Source: Laetmonice hystrix
Lineage: Eukaryota
Assembly (NCBI GenBank): GCA_965235115.1
Contig: OZ249440.1
Coordinates: 32,862,001-32,926,000, forward strand
Length of the DNA: 64,000 bases
Direction of reading: 5' to 3'
Positions 51,375 through 61,857 of the stretch are shown in pieces. Positions within the stretch are counted from its first letter, which is position 1; every line of letters begins with the position of its first letter. The notes under the pieces were generated by a model. The model was not told the DNA's origin. It saw only the letters and a program-made list of their open reading frames with translations, and ran no database searches. Position numbers and translations under genes: made by a program.

Positions 51375-51970
51375 ATCATATGACTCGCACATGGATGAGA
51401 GGAATATTATCTTACAGGATATAACGGTATCTCATGGGCGATGTAGTCAATACAATAAGTAAGGCTAGGGATCCAAATGACCACACGGACCCAAGGATGC
51501 CTAGTTCAAGCATAAATCATATACATCGCACGGATATAACGGTATCTCATGGGCGGTAAGGCAAGCTTATATGACTCGCACATGGATGAGAGGAATATTA
51601 TCTTACGGGATATAACGGTATATCTCATGGGCGATGCAGTCAATACAATAAGTATAAGTAAGGCTAGGGATCCAAATGACCACACGGACCCAAGGATGCC
51701 TAGTCATGCATAAATCATATATACATCGCACGGATATAACGGTATCTCATGGGCGGAAAGGCAAGCTTATATGACTCGCACATGGATGAGAGGAATATTA
51801 TCTTACGGGATATAACGGTATCTCATGGGCGATGCAGTCAATACAATAAGTATAAGTAAGGCTAGGGATCCAAATGACCACACGGACCCAAGGATGCCTA
51901 GTTCAAGCATAAATAAATCATATACATCGCACGGATATAACGGTGTCTCATGGGCGGTAAGGCAAGCTTA
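51375..51970. repeat. 3 x about 200-bp tandem repeat in the LINE inter-ORF spacer
   Basis: ATGACTCGCACATGGATGAGAGGAATATTATC... recurs at about 51380, 51571 and 51771. Each unit holds two copies of GGATATAACGGTATCTCATGGGCG. Confidence 0.92.
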
Positions 51971-52025
51971 AAACACATAACATGCGGTGAGAAGAATTGT
52001 TCCTCGCGAGATAGCGCTACAAGCA

Positions 52026-53636
52026 CTAATTGACTGAAGGACTTTCACGCTTTAAATCCTCACGTAGATCCATCAATATATTACCTAGCATGTTTTTACC
52101 ATGCCAATCTTTAATTGAGTACTCCTTCGCACCGAAGGCGCAGCCTCCGCCCCAGTAGGGGTCACGTGTAGCTTCAATCAAGATGCTAGGGTTGGTGGCC
52201 AGCAGCAAATTAGCCAAGTTGGGGTTCTGCCTGAATTTAGCAGAAGTGAGAGCCTTCATCTTATGTTCACGCATCTGGATCCATGCGGCAGATGTGACAA
52301 CATCATCTCCAAGTTTCTTTATAGAGAAGGGGTCCGACAGTTTCATGACACGATTTGCGGTGTCCATGTCCCTTTCAGCACTAGCTTTCAGGTGTTGATA
52401 GCCTTGCTCAACTGAGCAGTACTGAACAGCGTTAAAGGTTAACGTGCAAGGGTAAAAGTTGCTGAGGAAACAGCCAGACCCACAGAAGGTGATGCCACTA
52501 GGCGTTAGTGTATACTTGGAGGTGGCAGTTCCGTGATTGGTCGCGGGGGGCGCTGCAGTAGCCGGGTTGGACGGTGCATCGTTTGGTACAACAGGGACTG
52601 TAAGTGGAGGGATCGGTGGGACCCATTCAGAAGGGATTTGGTCGAGCTGGCCCACCGAGTAGAAGGAGTCATTTATATTTATACCTTCGTGGTTGAATGT
52701 AGCTCGGGCCCCCTTCTCTCGCGCAAACAATGCCATACGACGGAGCTTGTTACGTAGCCGTCGAGCTGCCAGGGTTTCGTCAGGGTTAATAAACACGGCT
52801 TTGAGGTCGTCATTGAGGCGGAGTTTGGCTTTAGCCCTCAGAACAGAGTCTCTATTTTGGACTTGAGTAAAACAGGCAAGAATTGGTTTCGGCCTGTTGT
52901 TACGTATTCTCCTGTTCAGTCGCGTCATAGTCGAGAAATCCCTTGGTTGGAGTTCAAATCCCAGAGATGAAATAATGGAGATCACCTTCTCATAGATGTT
53001 TTCGCCAGTAGTTTCAGGGACACCCTCGATAATGACGTTCAGCCGTTTAGGAGAAATAAATTTATCGTGTGAAGGCGAGACATTTACTCCGACAGCATCA
53101 GAGTAGGTTTTACCGGCAGATGGTTGGGAAACCGGAGGCTCCCCTTTAAGTGTTGACTTCAAGGAGGAGATCTCAGAAGCTTGGGCATTCAGTACAGTGT
53201 GTAATGTATCAATTTGAGATTGTAGGTGCTTCTCGGATTTCTCTACTCGTTCATTGACTGAGGCCACTTCGGTCTGGAGCCCTTTTACTGTAATGCTATC
53301 TTCTTGGACAGTTTGTTTCAGGCTGCTAAATTCGGATTTTGATAGTTCAGAGAGGGAGGCAACACTGGAAATTAAAGTTTGCAATTGCTCACCAAAGTTT
53401 CCAAGTTTACTGGCATCGGTACATTGTTCCTGATTGCTGGCGCCAGGCTGGCTCGCGGTTGGGGTATTTTCCATAATTGGAGTTTCACAGCTGGTATCGC
53501 TTGGAGCTTTGGGTCGCTTGCTGTCGGGCGAGACGCCGCTGGGCGAGGTAGGCACGGTGGTAGGGTCTCCAACACCAGGTGAGGTAGGCAGCCGCTTCCG
53601 CTTCTCCGTCTCGGATCGCGCACCTTTCTTAGGCAT
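52026..53636 (-). CDS. LINE ORF1: basic N-terminus, coiled coil, RRM-like domain, Pro-rich linker, C-terminal NADAR (YbiA-like) domain (536 aa from MPKKG)
   Basis: Heptad-rich LQTLISSV...LKSTL, then an ORF1-type NVIIEGVPE...RPKPILACF...VFINPD segment. C-terminus FLSNFY, SVEQGYQHLKA, AKFRQNPNLANLLLAT, LIEATRDPYWGGG, GKNMLGNILMDLRE matches the NADAR consensus. Confidence 0.92.
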   Translation of the reverse strand: MPKKGARSETEKRKRLPTSPGVGDPTTVPTSPSGVSPDSKRPKAPSDTSCETPIMENTPTASQPGASNQEQCTDASKLGNFGEQLQTLISSVASLSELSKSEFSSLKQTVQEDSITVKGLQTEVASVNERVEKSEKHLQSQIDTLHTVLNAQASEISSLKSTLKGEPPVSQPSAGKTYSDAVGVNVSPSHDKFISPKRLNVIIEGVPETTGENIYEKVISIISSLGFELQPRDFSTMTRLNRRIRNNRPKPILACFTQVQNRDSVLRAKAKLRLNDDLKAVFINPDETLAARRLRNKLRRMALFAREKGARATFNHEGININDSFYSVGQLDQIPSEWVPPIPPLTVPVVPNDAPSNPATAAPPATNHGTATSKYTLTPSGITFCGSGCFLSNFYPCTLTFNAVQYCSVEQGYQHLKASAERDMDTANRVMKLSDPFSIKKLGDDVVTSAAWIQMREHKMKALTSAKFRQNPNLANLLLATNPSILIEATRDPYWGGGCAFGAKEYSIKDWHGKNMLGNILMDLREDLKRESPSVN

Positions 53637-54846
53637 TGCAAAATACTGGTATTGTTGATATACCTTCTGTGATTCCCGTACTGCTATCATATACGCATAC
53701 TACAGTCACCATGTGGTTATGCACCAACTGTGCGACAATTGATCCATTTGTCCCATTTAGTAACTATATTCCGGGCGGGAAAAGTAGGAGCTCAGTTACT
53801 CATGGTCGTAGTAGCGTCGGCCATCTTGAAAAAAAAAACGTATCTTGACCATGGTCTGGAGAGCTCGAATCTCAAAGGACGACGTCGTGTGACGTCACGT
53901 TATGACGTCATGCAATTATTACAAGGTGTGTGTTTTTAGTGTCTATTGCATCGTTTATGGAAGACCTGGATATCAGGCTACAAGGCTTTTAAGGGGGAAT
54001 AACTGGCATGATGCATTTGACCTCTGACCTTTGACCTTTTTCAGTTCTAGGTCAAAGGTTTAAATACGCTTGAAACCCTACTTCTCAAACAATTCTAAAT
54101 GAAATTTGACCAGATTTGACTTGAAGGTTCCCTATGGACACCTTCATAGCTGTTGGGAATAAGCGATCTGACTCAGATTACAGGTGTCACGTGACCGTGA
54201 AATTTGGAAATCTTATAGTTTAGTCAAATGCTCGCTGTATGTAGTGAAGGATTTAAGATAGAGCCATAATTGGCCATGAACCTTATAAATGATTATGTTC
54301 TCTTTAATTAGGTACCATAATTTTTATATCACGTGACTTGTCACGTCATGTATGACGTCATCTTTGACATCATCTATTCCTAACTTTCTGAGACTTCTCA
54401 TCTACAGACGATAAGCCCACGCCTTCAAATATTTACAGGGTGGGGTCTTCAAACTGTCTACTTTAACATATTAAATTTCAATTAGCAAAATATATAATTA
54501 ACACGGAGATAAACTATATAAGAGAAGGTCGTGAGGAGAGGTGCTAGCGAATTTGAGCACTGATGAGTGACCTAGAAACCTGGTTAGTTCGTAACGTCAC
54601 CGTGCCGCTGGTTCTCCGCATGGAAGGACAGACTGCAGACACTGAGCCAATTAGCCTCTGTAGTAAACAATTATCAACTATATTCTGCCTGAAAGTTAGG
54701 GAGTACTTCAGAGACATATTTAGCTCAATGCCAAGCGATTGTGAACAGTAGATTCTAAGTAGTTCTGGAATTGGGGCGAGGTTACAAAAAGACAAGCAGA
54801 CGAGGCATCACGAGTATCATGGCACAGGCACAGTTCGGTAGGACTA

Positions 54847-55610
54847 TGGTTGGCCGTTGGGGTCATACCGCCTAAGCTTTAACGCGTAAATATAATAGTA
54901 ACGCATAAACAATAAGCTTTTACGCGTAAACGGATCAACCAATCAGAACGATGGATTTTCACGCGTAAACGGAACAAGTTGCTCCATTGTTTACGCCAAG
55001 CAGTGTTAGCGTCGGAGGTTGGCAAAGTTTTGTGATGCCACAATTCGGAGGCTCGTAATCTGACAGTTCTAGAGTAAATCTTGAAGAGACAAAACAATAG
55101 ATGTGAATGCATTAGACTTTTATAGATCGAGGACAACCGTAGGATTGAGCCTGGATAGATTCTAAATTTATCTACGGTGGTTTAGTATTTTTAATTGACC
55201 GTTTTTGTTGGGGCCTAGCCAAAGTCAATGGGGGATTGGTGGGGTTGGACATCACCGGAAGTACTAAATCTCACACTTTGCCGTTTTGACTTACAAACTT
55301 AAATATAACTAACCCTTAAGCTAACCTTAACTCTAACCCAGGGGGTTGGTCCCTATGAAAAGCTTGACGGCGTTTACGCATGCGTTACAGTCATGGTGAC
55401 TTTGTAAGAGGATTTCATTGGTTTACAAAAATAACGCGTTATGTTTGGTGAATTTGTTCACGCGTAAATAGAGTCTGGCTTTTCATTGGTTGTTTTCTTT
55501 ACGCGTAAGCGTTTCCACTTATTTGATTGGTTGCTTTAGTCACGCGTGAAAGGTGTTATTATTTGCGTTATGCGTTAATGTTTAGGCAGTATGACCCTAT
55601 GGGCCAACCA
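54847..55610. mobile_element. TIR element rich in ACGCGT motifs
   Basis: TGGTTGGCC..GGGTCATACCGCCTAA / TTAGGCAGTATGACCC..GGCCAACCA with TA flanks. Confidence 0.6.
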
Positions 55611-56706
55611 TACTATGCAGCCCGCGGCTGCCTAATTCAGGTCGTTGCTATGAGACGCGCTCAGTGGGGGGGATCCATTGGCTCACCTGGAACTGTACGA
55701 TACGGAATCTCACGGAAACTCCCGAGGTTTGCCGAATAGCGCTTGTCACGGTTAGCCCGTTGGCTAAATATAGATTATGACGTAACTTCGTAGTACACTA
55801 GCTTCAGTTGTGCGGGCAAACAAACGGCTTCAGCATTTAGTCGGCCGGCCAAGACCCCTAAACACCCCAAAATAAAGTTTTGATGGCATCGGCTGTTAAT
55901 TTTTGTCCAATGGGTGGAAAAGTAAGGTCATGAAGTGGGCTTTCAGAATCACCCGTTGGCCAACCCGATTTTTGACCCTGAAGGTCAAATTTTCAAGGTC
56001 AAAGGTCAAATGAGTGCAAAAATCGATTTTTTATGAATATCACCCAAATTCCATTTTCTATCTTAGGCAAGTGTTGAAAAACTAAAAAAAACTAAAGAAA
56101 TGATAATTATTCAACATTTTATTGCTCGTATAAACAGGAAAAGTAGTGAGATTTTGATATAAAACTGGCCATAACTCCTTAACTATTTACCATGTTTACA
56201 TATTGAACGTTGTGAACTTCCTCGACAGTAGGATTGTTCCATCAACACTAACATCTTATTTTATGATATTAGATGTTTATACTATCTATTTTGGCATGGA
56301 AAATAGTTTGCCTGTAATGACAATCAAAGTAGGCATCAGAACACAAACTTGGGAATGAAGCATGGACCATCTTGGGAACATTACTGTTGTTCATGTATGT
56401 ACAATATACCCACTTGTGTTCATGTCTGTTTATGATGTTCGTGGATCGGACAGCATTGCAATAGATTTCAACCCACAGGTTTGTACCCTTCCCCCTGCAG
56501 TTCAATGTCTTACCATCCCCTCTCCATGTAGTTGCCTCCCCCCTCCTGAGTGACTGAGTGGTGTTCGAACCCACACCCTGTGTTTCTGGTATTCTGAATG
56601 TGAGCACAAAGTGGACGACGTGTATAGTGTTGATTCTGTTGAGCGATCACAACACAGTATTTTCATCTTATGCCGCTGTCTAATGGAGAATGAAAGCATT
56701 GGTCAA

Positions 56707-57436
56707 CTAATTGTAGGGGTTGAGACAACCATCTGTACAGCAAGCGCAAGCAGGCAGACAACTTTGCTGGGTTTTGTGACAAACGCAGGCACTTGTTCTG
56801 CACTTTGATTTACACCCACAGGAAACTAATCATGCCTGGCAACTTTGTGATATTAGGGACTTCCTCATCCACACTACTTCCAATGCACCATTGCTTTCCT
56901 TCCAAGCACCTGTTGTGGTTGGTGGTGCAAGTTCTATCCTTGCCCTGTCAGCCTGGAGCCAAACCTTTGCCTGGTAATTTGCTCGGTGGAAGTGCAGCTC
57001 TAGTGCGTCTGCAGTGGGTGGCAGCATTTCGAGCGGCTTCTTGCCTCTTTGGAACAGATGCAGATGGGCACTATCACATCCCTCTGTTACTTTGGTCGAT
57101 GAGGTAGCAAGTTCTATCCTGTGAAGTCGGAAGTTCGACAGGCATCTCGCATCCCTCTGTCAGTACTGTCAGCATTGTGGACTTGGGTGTGGATCTCATT
57201 TTCTTATTGGTTTCAGCAATAGAAGGAGGAACATTGGCCAATTTATGCTGCAGGATTTCCCTCAAGTCAATGTCTCGGCCTGCTCGGGAAGCATTAAGGA
57301 GTCATTGGATGAGATTCCTGTCTGCCTTAACTTCCTTCACCTTTTCTTTGTCTCTCTTTCCTACAGAAACTTTGTAGAGGGATGCAAATGTTTCACGATT
57401 TTGGCGCTTAATCGTGTCAAAGACTGAAGCTATATC
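56707..57436 (-). pseudogene. AcademX fragment in the left arm (KADRNLIQ*LL...LREILQHKLANVPPSIA...CYLID fused to the LPPT/Cys-rich tail)
   Basis: Minus-strand translation gives Academ mid-region motifs joined by an internal deletion at about 57095 to the same C-terminus as the right arm. Confidence 0.7.
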
Positions 57437-58667
57437 TAGTAGGGTCCAGAACCTCAATTCCGTGACCATTATCTGGCTAGTAAGGTTTGATGATTGATTT
57501 GACTTCTATGGACCCTTTATAAAAGAATTAGCCCCCATGTCCCTCCCAAAAATCCTGGCATTTTTTGCCAGAGGCCCTTATCCAAAATGGCTGCCAGCGC
57601 CATCTTGAAAAATTAACTTTTGAACCAGAGCACCTAGAATCATGTACAAAGACACTTTTTCGAGTAAGTCGGCCATGAAGATTCCAAATCTGACATTAGT
57701 TTGACTTTAGGACATCATTTTCACACAGAAATCCAAGATGGCCACCGTCCGGTAGAGCAAAAACATAACTTTTGTATAGGAGCACCTAGAATCATGAATT
57801 AACACATTATTTCAGCTAAATCTATAATGGTCACCAAATTGCGGTCCTGATTACTGAATTCTTGGGGGGGGGGGGGGGTTTGTTTGTGTGTGTGGGGGGG
57901 GGGTGGGGGTGGGGGGGGTGTAATTTCATATCTAGTTGGGTCATCCGTAGCAATTCCGTGACCGTGGAGAGCAAAGGTTGGTTTCTCAGTGGATTTGTCT
58001 TCTATGAAGGTTAAATAAAAAATTTGGCCCCCATTCCCCTTGCAAAAATGTGGGCTAGTTAACTCCTTCAGGACCCTAAATCCGAAATGGCCGCCGTCAG
58101 CCATGTTGGATATTATCTTTACAATGGTTTGGCCTACAATGCTGCACAGTATATCGATTTCGAGACTTTTTGGGTCAAGGAATTCATATTTGATGTCATT
58201 TTGATTATTTGACCTGTTTTTGACCTTCAAATTCAAGATGGCCGCCAATTTCCAGCTCAGAAAGGTCAATTGTTCAAAGCCGTCGTATAGCTTTCATACT
58301 AGGCTCTAATGGAAGCTCTTTTCATGCTGAGTTGAGTTAGAAACAGTAAAACTACAAGTAAATGTATATAGGTCTTCTCAGAGGGCCAAAGATAAACATT
58401 TGTGGTTGATGAGAAACAAACTTTAGTTCTATATGGTCATAGAATAACTTAATTATGAGGGCAAAGATAAGTAATTACACCCCACAGTAATTTAAGTTAA
58501 TTTTTCAAGATGGCGCTGGCGGCCATTTTGGATTAGCAAAAAAGGCCAGGATTTTTGGGAGGGACATGGGGGCTAATTCTTTTATAAAGGGTCCATAGAA
58601 GTCAAATCAATCATCAAACCTTACTAGCCAGAGAATGGTCACGGAATTGAGGTTCTGGACCCTACTA
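57437..58667. mobile_element. Nested non-autonomous Academ-type element
   Basis: TIRs of about 180 bp starting TAGTAGGGTCCAGAACCTCAATTCCGTGACCATT, with ATC on both flanks. Confidence 0.85.
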
Positions 58668-58670
58668 ATC

Positions 58671-59274
58671 CTGTTAGGCTCATTGCTGAGAAACTGTCCT
58701 CAGATGCATTGAAAAACATCCTTAGGTTCCACTCGTTCACGGGATGCGATACAGTGTCATCATTTGGCGGAATTGGTAAGAAGACCTGCTGCCTTGTCTA
58801 CCTAGAGAACCCTCAGCTTCTCCATGGCGTAGGGAGAGATGGATCTCTTGCTGACGTCGAGCAGTTTGTTTGCCGTACAGAGCTCCCAAAGTAACAGAGG
58901 GATGTGATAGTGCCCATCTGCATCTGTTCCAAAGAGGCAAGAAGCCGCTCGAAATGCTGCCACCCACTGCAGACGCGCTAGAGCTGCACTTCCACCGAGC
59001 AAATTACCAGGCAAAGGTTTGGCTCCAGGCTGACAGGGCAAGGATAGAACTTGCACCACCAACCACAACAGGTGCTTGGAAGGAAAGCAATGGTGCATTG
59101 CAAGTAGTGTGGATGAGGAAGTCCCCAATATCACAAAGTTGCCAGGCATGATTAGTTTCCTGTGGGTGTAAATCAAAGTGCAGAACAAGTGCCTGCGTTT
59201 GTCACAAAACCCAGCAAAGTTGTCTGCCTGCTTGCGCTTGCTGTACAGATGGTTGTCTCAACCCCTACAATTAG
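58671..59274 (+). pseudogene. AcademX C-terminal fragment: XPG/FEN1-like nuclease segment plus Cys-rich tail
   Basis: FHSFTGCDTVSSFGGIGKKT (H3TH-like), LPPTADALELHFHRANYQAKVW and CGCKSKCRTSACVC...CLPACACCTDGCLN. Frameshift near 58870 and TGA near 59149. Confidence 0.8.
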
Positions 59275-60266
59275 TTGACCAATGCTTTCATTCTCCATTA
59301 GACAGCGGCATAAGATGAAAATACTGTGTTGTGATCGCTCAACAGAATCAACACTATACACGTCGTCCACTTTGTGCTCACATTCAGAATACCAGAAACA
59401 CAGGGTGTGGGTTCGAACACCACTCAGTCACTCAGGAGGGGGGAGGCAACTACATGGAGAGGGGATGGTAAGACATTGAACTGCAGGGGGAAGGGTACAA
59501 AGCTGTGGGTTGAAATCTATTGCAATGCTGTCCGATCCACGAACATCATAAACAGACATGAACACAAGTGGGTATATTGTACATACATGAACAACAGTAA
59601 TGTTCCCAAGATGGTCCATGCTTCATTCCCAAGTTTGTGTTCTGATGCCTACTTTGATTGTCATTACAGGCAAACTATTTTCCATGCCAAAATAGATAGT
59701 ATAAACATCTAATATCATAAAATAAGATGTTAGTGTTGATGGAACAATCCTACTGTCGAGGAAGTTCACAATGTTCAATATGTAAACATGGTAAATAGTT
59801 AAGGAGTTATGGCCAGTTTTATATCAAAATCTCACTACTTTTCCTGTTTATACGAGCAATAAAATGTTGAATAATTATCATTTCTTTAGTTTTTTTTTTA
59901 GTTTTTCAACACTTGCCTAAGATAGAAAATGGAATTTGGGTGATATTCATAAAAAATCGATTTTTGCACTCATTTGACCTTTGACCTTGAAAATTTGACC
60001 TTCAGGGTCAAAAATCGGGTTGGCCAACGGGTGATTCTGAAAGCCCACTTTATGACCTTACTTTTCCACCTATTGAACAAAAATTAACAGCCGATGCCAT
60101 CACAGGTTATTTTAGGGGTCTTGGCCGGCTGACTAATTAGCTTGCCCGTTCTCTCTGTGCAATTTCGCGAATCTGCTTCATTAATATTTGACAGATAGTT
60201 TGCTTAGTCTTGCCCTGCATCCCGCGAACCCCCCCCCCCCCCCGTAATTCGAGACACGTCTATTAT

Positions 60267-61857
60267 TAGCCCCCACAACGGGGGGCTTATTCTTAGCCCC
60301 CACAACAGGGGGGCTTATAATTCGACCTCCGTCCGTCCGTACATTCGTCCGTCCGTCCGTCCGTATGTCCGTAGACAGCGATTTCTCAGAAGTGTATCGG
60401 TCGATTTCTTTAAAACTTCACACAATGATCAGGGATGAACTGAGGATGATGCACGTCAAACAAATTTTTGATATCATTCAAAATGGCCGCTTGGCGGCCA
60501 TCTTGGATGTGAACACATTTTGAGCAATAACTCAGCCAAAACAATCACGATTTCTTTCAAACATGGTGCAGGGATGAGGCATAAAGAGGGCCAATATGCA
60601 TCACAATAAAATTTCAATTCAGATCCAAAATGGCGACATGGTGGCCATATTTGTTTCTTGACCCCCAAAATGACACTGTTTTTGGCTTATATCTCGAAAA
60701 CGGTGCAAGATGACGCAATAGTTACTATTATTGACAGATAGGAAGTCATATATGACGTTTCATTTGGCGCCATTTTCGATGACCTTGAGCGACCTTGAAA
60801 GGTCAATCAAGGTCATGCATATTTTCAATAGCCTGGATCTTCAAAACAGTTGAAGATAACGACATAATCTTGCATGAAACATTACATAATGATCCGGGAC
60901 AGTCCACGGATGAAGCAGGTCAAAGATACTTTTGACATCACTCAAAATGGCCGCGTGGTGGCCATCTTGGATATAAACACATTTGGAGCAATAACTCAGA
61001 CAAAACGATCCCGATTTCTTTCAAATTTGGTGGAAAAAGGTGTATATGAGGGGCAATGTATATGCCAATGTATTGCCAGATCAGAGTAAATATGGCGACA
61101 TGGTGGCCATATTAATATTTTACCCCCCCCCCATAACACTGTTTTGGCTCATATCTCGAAAACGGTGCAAGATAAGGCAATAGTTATTATTATTGATAGA
61201 TAGGAAGTCATATATGAAGGTTCGTTTGACGTCATTTTTCATGACCTTGAGCGACCTTGAAAGGTCAATCAAGGTCATGCATATTTTAATGGCCTGTACC
61301 TCCAAACCAGTTGAAGATAACAACATCTAATCTTGCATGAAACATTACATAATGCAGGGACAGTCTAAGGAGGACACAGGTCAAATATATCATTAAAAAT
61401 GGCTGCTTGGTGGCCATCTTGGATTTAAAGAAATTCGTAGTAATTTTCTGGATTTCGTTCTTGCTGACAGAAGGTATGCATAGTTCCTGGACCCACAGAT
61501 AATTTGTCCCTACTCAGTTGGTTCACGCCGGATAACGCTATCAGACTGTACATAACTGACCTCTAAAGGTCAATCGAGGTCAAGCATATCTACAAAACAC
61601 TTCACGTCGGATAACAGATTAACAATATCAAACTGTACATAACTGCATAGTTATTGCAGACAAAGTGAATCTTCACGCCGGATAATGCTATCAAGATGTA
61701 CATAACTGCATAGAACTTTACTAAGATGCAGACGAAGTACACTCGAAGTTTCATTTGACAATATCTCCTTTGCCCTTCAAAGATCAATTGAAGTCGCGCA
61801 TCGTTTTTTTCAAGAACCCATAGTTTGTGGTGGGGGATATAAGCTTCACAGGCTTGT
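60267..61857 (-). mobile_element. Inverted copy of the 28945-30950 HINE-like element; partial further repeat to about 62380
   Basis: Duplicated terminal hairpin TTAGCCCCCACAAC(G/A)GGGGGGCTTA, (CGTC)n tract, and reverse-complement similarity to 28945-30950. Confidence 0.65.

Larger units (their letters stand above)
47885..53688 (-). mobile_element. Near full-length CR1-group (L2/Crack/Daphne/Kiri-like) non-LTR retrotransposon with NADAR-bearing ORF1
   Basis: Two intact ORFs, a 3' UTR of about 210 bp, a 17-nt poly(A) tail (T-run 47885-47901) and a candidate 5-bp TSD ATATA (47880-47884 and 53689-53693). Inserted into a HINE-like element whose hairpin is at 47742-47770. Confidence 0.9.
55838..60135. 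mobile_element. Palindromic AcademX derivative made of two inverted 3' ends
   Basis: Termini TAGTCGGCCGGCCAAGACCCCTAAA...TTTAGGGGTCTTGGCCGGCTGACTA with ATT TSD. Arms 55838-57095 and 58886-60135 are near-identical inverted copies of about 1.25 kb. Confidence 0.85.

Noticed and set aside
51375..51970. Six copies of a 24-nt repeat as a CRISPR array or hammerhead ribozyme array
   Set aside because: The spacers alternate between two recurring sequences (higher-order tandem repeat), and I saw no CUGAnGA/GAAA hammerhead core.
52026..52493. NADAR domain as bacterial contamination or a host riboflavin-pathway gene
   Set aside because: It is in frame with a LINE ORF1 core, inside the element boundaries, upstream of an APE-RT ORF2 and surrounded by animal intronic and repeat DNA.
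53637..53690. ORF1 start at the track's Met (MIAVRES...)
   Set aside because: That ATG overlaps the candidate TSD/flank. MPKKG at 53636 is the more plausible start.
56269..59712. Duplicated 112-aa and 65-aa ORFs as a gene pair
   Set aside because: They are mirror-image incidental frames in the 3' non-coding part of the two inverted Academ arms.
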